Origin: Paenibacillus sp. 598K
Lineage (GTDB): Bacteria; Bacillota; Bacilli; Paenibacillales; Paenibacillaceae
Length of the DNA stretch: 48,872 nucleotides
NCBI RefSeq assembly: GCF_003851045.1
Contig: NZ_BFBX01000005.1
Coordinates: 1-48,872 of the forward strand
Reading direction: 5' to 3'
Below the pieces are notes generated by a model. The model was not told the origin of the DNA. It was given only the letters and a program-made list of their open reading frames with translations, and made no database searches. Every line of letters begins with the position of its first letter. Within the stretch, counting starts at the first letter, position 1. Shown piece after piece: positions 47,601-48,872 of the stretch. A program made the translations under genes and the position numbers.

Positions 47601-47648
47601 AGCCAGCGCCTGCGCAGTCTGGAGCGGATGCTGCTGAAGCTGAGCTAG
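44610..47648 (+). CDS. Fusion protein: TLC-family (ATP/ADP-translocase-like, Npt) 12-TM transporter, HEAT-repeat region and C-terminal cyclic-nucleotide-binding (CAP-type) domain
   Basis: N-terminus FFNLRYEDRRKILVMGLVFLLAGISEMVNYTAYMG plus WATAFDLCPTQQAKRVMPVF match the TLC motifs FNYSILRD and FANEIT..EAKRFYP. Residues ~560-900 are HEAT-like (EALLRFAGRHQGDVLAMALTAIHADG...). The cNMP-binding domain reads FLKQVPLFHEISVEELGRIASIAEEQSYAEGEYLLRQGERSSSLVMIVDGEVEM...FGEAGLFDDQP. The start is uncertain: GTG 44610 or 44640, or ATG 44703. Confidence 0.75.
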   Translation: MNLEAGWSGSVAAQLQAFFNLRYEDRRKILVMGLVFLLAGISEMVNYTAYMGIFNSRVGTQYLPIMYMIEALLLPLEGWALAYLSQRIPKKRLMITLYLSFVSIGLIGGALLLLFRWTGAEWTFFYFLLFLGSSFVVRQQTLLMWATAFDLCPTQQAKRVMPVFVLLAIIGGIVAGVLSRLLAPLLGAELLYLLGAIILLLGFPNFRSALRQYLLPSDIADEEGGEELGAVGRSMKLMLRSPFLLVVLGVMTLMPAVYYVMEYQYFTAAQAVFLTEEELTAFYGLMVIVLFCGAFVLQLFSARLMAWLGASNMVLGMTVVFLLCFALAAPLVGSSGALFAVSFGYCLTYLLLYYFAEPSFQLFFKMYPQQQRDGLRFTAQSVSASAGILLGSGVSLLHSRLGWSLPAQATVGLAMAALLVALAWSIRRLYMQQLLHYLHAAGGSLKNRYQDFVESLRSQDAKRALIARLEQSEPPIQRITLEWLAEAPDAAASEALLRFAGRHQGDVLAMALTAIHADGWREMAAGRVREWVQDASETVRAVAARQAIASGRPDRAEWLQLAYRDPALPVRLEALRVWESQEEVERELRELLQQGGEAALAACRMIGERRLASMLYDVMLCMLEPAMALKYEAVRTIGRIGDSDIVTSLMDMLVGADREMSRIIEEALQEAGEVTGLTRFLDSPNEDIWRAAVLTVNAIGADREIAELVVPACIRKLMELCAGNRILELIEEAGQPAWTELARQRRNEVNRMLLDTIWTVMVRYGDERSIPQLRRAIEEGAEEARDHGLEILSEGMDHPRLAGALLLYYQSIQHGAAKRTETHAAIESSPELAATMPTDPWLQAILVKASAREGEAELAQTWEYLSALDKIVFLKQVPLFHEISVEELGRIASIAEEQSYAEGEYLLRQGERSSSLVMIVDGEVEMSGVGDAGVEGSLARLGPKMTFGEAGLFDDQPSAVSAQAVLGEVRVLAIAGEEAAKLVRLYPDIGVGLLRSVSQRLRSLERMLLKLS

Positions 47649-47922
47649 AGCTTGTGCAGCCTGTGGGCGCAGGAACAGGCGGGACAAAAAAATATGTGAC
47701 ATAGCTATACTCACGAATGAGGAGTATGCCGATAACCGTAGTGTACTCTCTCTCACGGGATCTCTCTCGCTTCAAAATGTCGAATGATGTCCCGATTTTT
47801 ACTGTTGAGGGGCCTTTGTCCTACGACTGTCCTGCCCAAAGAACGATCCCGTGACCGTAGGCATAGTTTTGAGGGCAGCCTGATGTATCGGGATCATCTG
47901 AATTCGGGAGAGTGAACTTGGA

Positions 47923-48872
47923 ATGACTTATACGCAAGAAGCTTCTCCTTATCAGAATGGGGCGGAGTATCTGTTCGATGAGTGGGTCCGGCTCGATGTC
48001 GTGCTGGAGATCGAGATGCAGCGGATGATGCAGGGCGCGCAAGAGCTGGATCAAGATAGCGGCGCATTCCGCGGCATGTATCTGTCCGATGCCGAGGCCA
48101 AAGCGCTCCTCGACGAGGACGAGCCGTACCTGCAGCTGACAACGGAGCAGGCCTATCTGCTGGACCAGCTCGAGGCGCGCATCCGGCATAATCTGGCTGC
48201 GACCTCCGGGGAGCGGCTGCCGCTGCTGCGTCTGCAGCAGGCGCTCGGGCTGAACGAGCAGGAGATACGGCTGCTGCTGGCAGCGCTTGCGCCCCATGCC
48301 AATCGCAAATACATACGATTATACGGATATCTGCAAGACGACATGTCCAGCCAGCATCTGTCGCTCGATCTGGCGCTGCGCATCACCAGCCGCAGTCCGG
48401 TAGAGCGAAGGGAACTGCTGAAGCGCTGGACGGATGACCACGGCTCGCTCCGCTCGCTGTTTGCGGATGGATCGGCAGCACATGCCCGCAAGGACGTATC
48501 GATGCTGACGGCGCCGCTCACGCTGAGGCCGCGCGTCGTCCACCTCCTGCTGGACCTGCCGTGGCGAGCGCGGGACACGCTCCGCGGACTGGCTCACTAC
48601 ACGCTGGACAGTCATCGCCAGCTGGAGCAGCCGCTCATCCAGACCGAGCTGCGCCGACGTCTGTCGGACTACGCGCGCGAGCGGGCAGCGTACCCCGTGC
48701 ACTGGAACCTGCACGGTCCCACAGGCAGCGGCAAGACGTTCCAGGCCAGACATCTGTGCGCCGACCTCGGCCTGGGGCTGCTGGAATGGGAGCTCGGTCA
48801 GGCTGCGCAGGAGCCGGAGGCGCTGCGCGGCGAGCTGGCGCAGCTGCTGCTCGAGGCGCGGCTGCAGGAGGC
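47923..48872 (+). CDS. AAA+ ATPase, 5' part (runs off the window). The N-terminal domain resembles the Afp15/Pvc15-type ATPase of extracellular contractile injection systems.
   Basis: GMYLSDAEAKALLDEDEPY and LGLNEQEIRLLLAALAPHANRKYIRLYGYLQDDMSSQHLSLDLALRI match the conserved N-domain pattern recalled for CIS ATPases (GL.ISDAEVD.LL and LLLaLAPELD.RYERLYGYLqDDvTRR.pTVgLALEL). Walker A reads NLHGPTGSGKT. GGGAGAG RBS. Confidence 0.65.
   Translation, partial: MTYTQEASPYQNGAEYLFDEWVRLDVVLEIEMQRMMQGAQELDQDSGAFRGMYLSDAEAKALLDEDEPYLQLTTEQAYLLDQLEARIRHNLAATSGERLPLLRLQQALGLNEQEIRLLLAALAPHANRKYIRLYGYLQDDMSSQHLSLDLALRITSRSPVERRELLKRWTDDHGSLRSLFADGSAAHARKDVSMLTAPLTLRPRVVHLLLDLPWRARDTLRGLAHYTLDSHRQLEQPLIQTELRRRLSDYARERAAYPVHWNLHGPTGSGKTFQARHLCADLGLGLLEWELGQAAQEPEALRGELAQLLLEARLQE

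Overview
This 48.9-kb window is high-GC (~62%) and looks like a Firmicutes chromosome of the Paenibacillus type. The clues are LplA/LplB/LplC-type sugar ABC transporters, ~750-aa membrane-anchored AraC regulators, GGAGG ribosome-binding sites and frequent GTG/TTG starts. It is densely coding and contains no rRNA, complete tRNA, CRISPR array, transposase or integrase. Gene order from left to right: (1) a frameshifted fragment of a solute-binding protein, an AraC regulator, a nitroreductase and a MacB/FtsX-type ABC exporter. (2) An overlapping pair of WYL-domain regulators, divergent from an SPFH protein and a RlaP-like nucleotidyltransferase, then a small transglutaminase-like protein, a SAM methyltransferase, a hypothetical protein and a hydroxyacid dehydrogenase. 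(3) A large cytoplasmic glycan-utilisation cluster that reads as an N-glycan/glycopeptide catabolic island: an AraC sensor, LplB-LplC-LplA transporter, GH29 fucosidase, CBM9-like protein, a 1039-aa protein with a transglutaminase/PNGase-like fold, GH18, a membrane GGDEF cyclase, GH92 alpha-mannosidase and an AraR-like regulator. (4) A Gfo/Idh/MocA oxidoreductase, a sugar-phosphate isomerase and an AraC regulator. (5) The most unusual segment, 38-48.9 kb. Two divergently transcribed proteins with no recognisable domains (946 aa and 471 aa) share an N-terminal leader motif, T-L-Q-R-S-[LV]-G-N-x-x-[LI]-[AR]-R, preceded by low-complexity Pro/Gln/Thr-rich sequence. A three-part fusion protein follows (TLC nucleotide-transporter domain, HEAT repeats and a cyclic-nucleotide-binding domain). 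The window then ends inside an AAA+ ATPase whose N-terminal domain matches the Afp15/Pvc15 cargo-loading ATPase of extracellular contractile injection systems (eCIS). I read this as the cargo-and-ATPase edge of a phage-tail-like injection locus whose structural genes should lie beyond the window. The shared leader is a candidate cargo-loading signal attached to novel payload domains. The window also holds several distinct intergenic tandem-repeat arrays, each unit carrying a palindrome: 51 bp x ~9.5, 52 bp x 3, 99 bp x 3 and degenerate ~36-bp repeats. Family assignments come from motifs I read directly in the translations. No database search was run.
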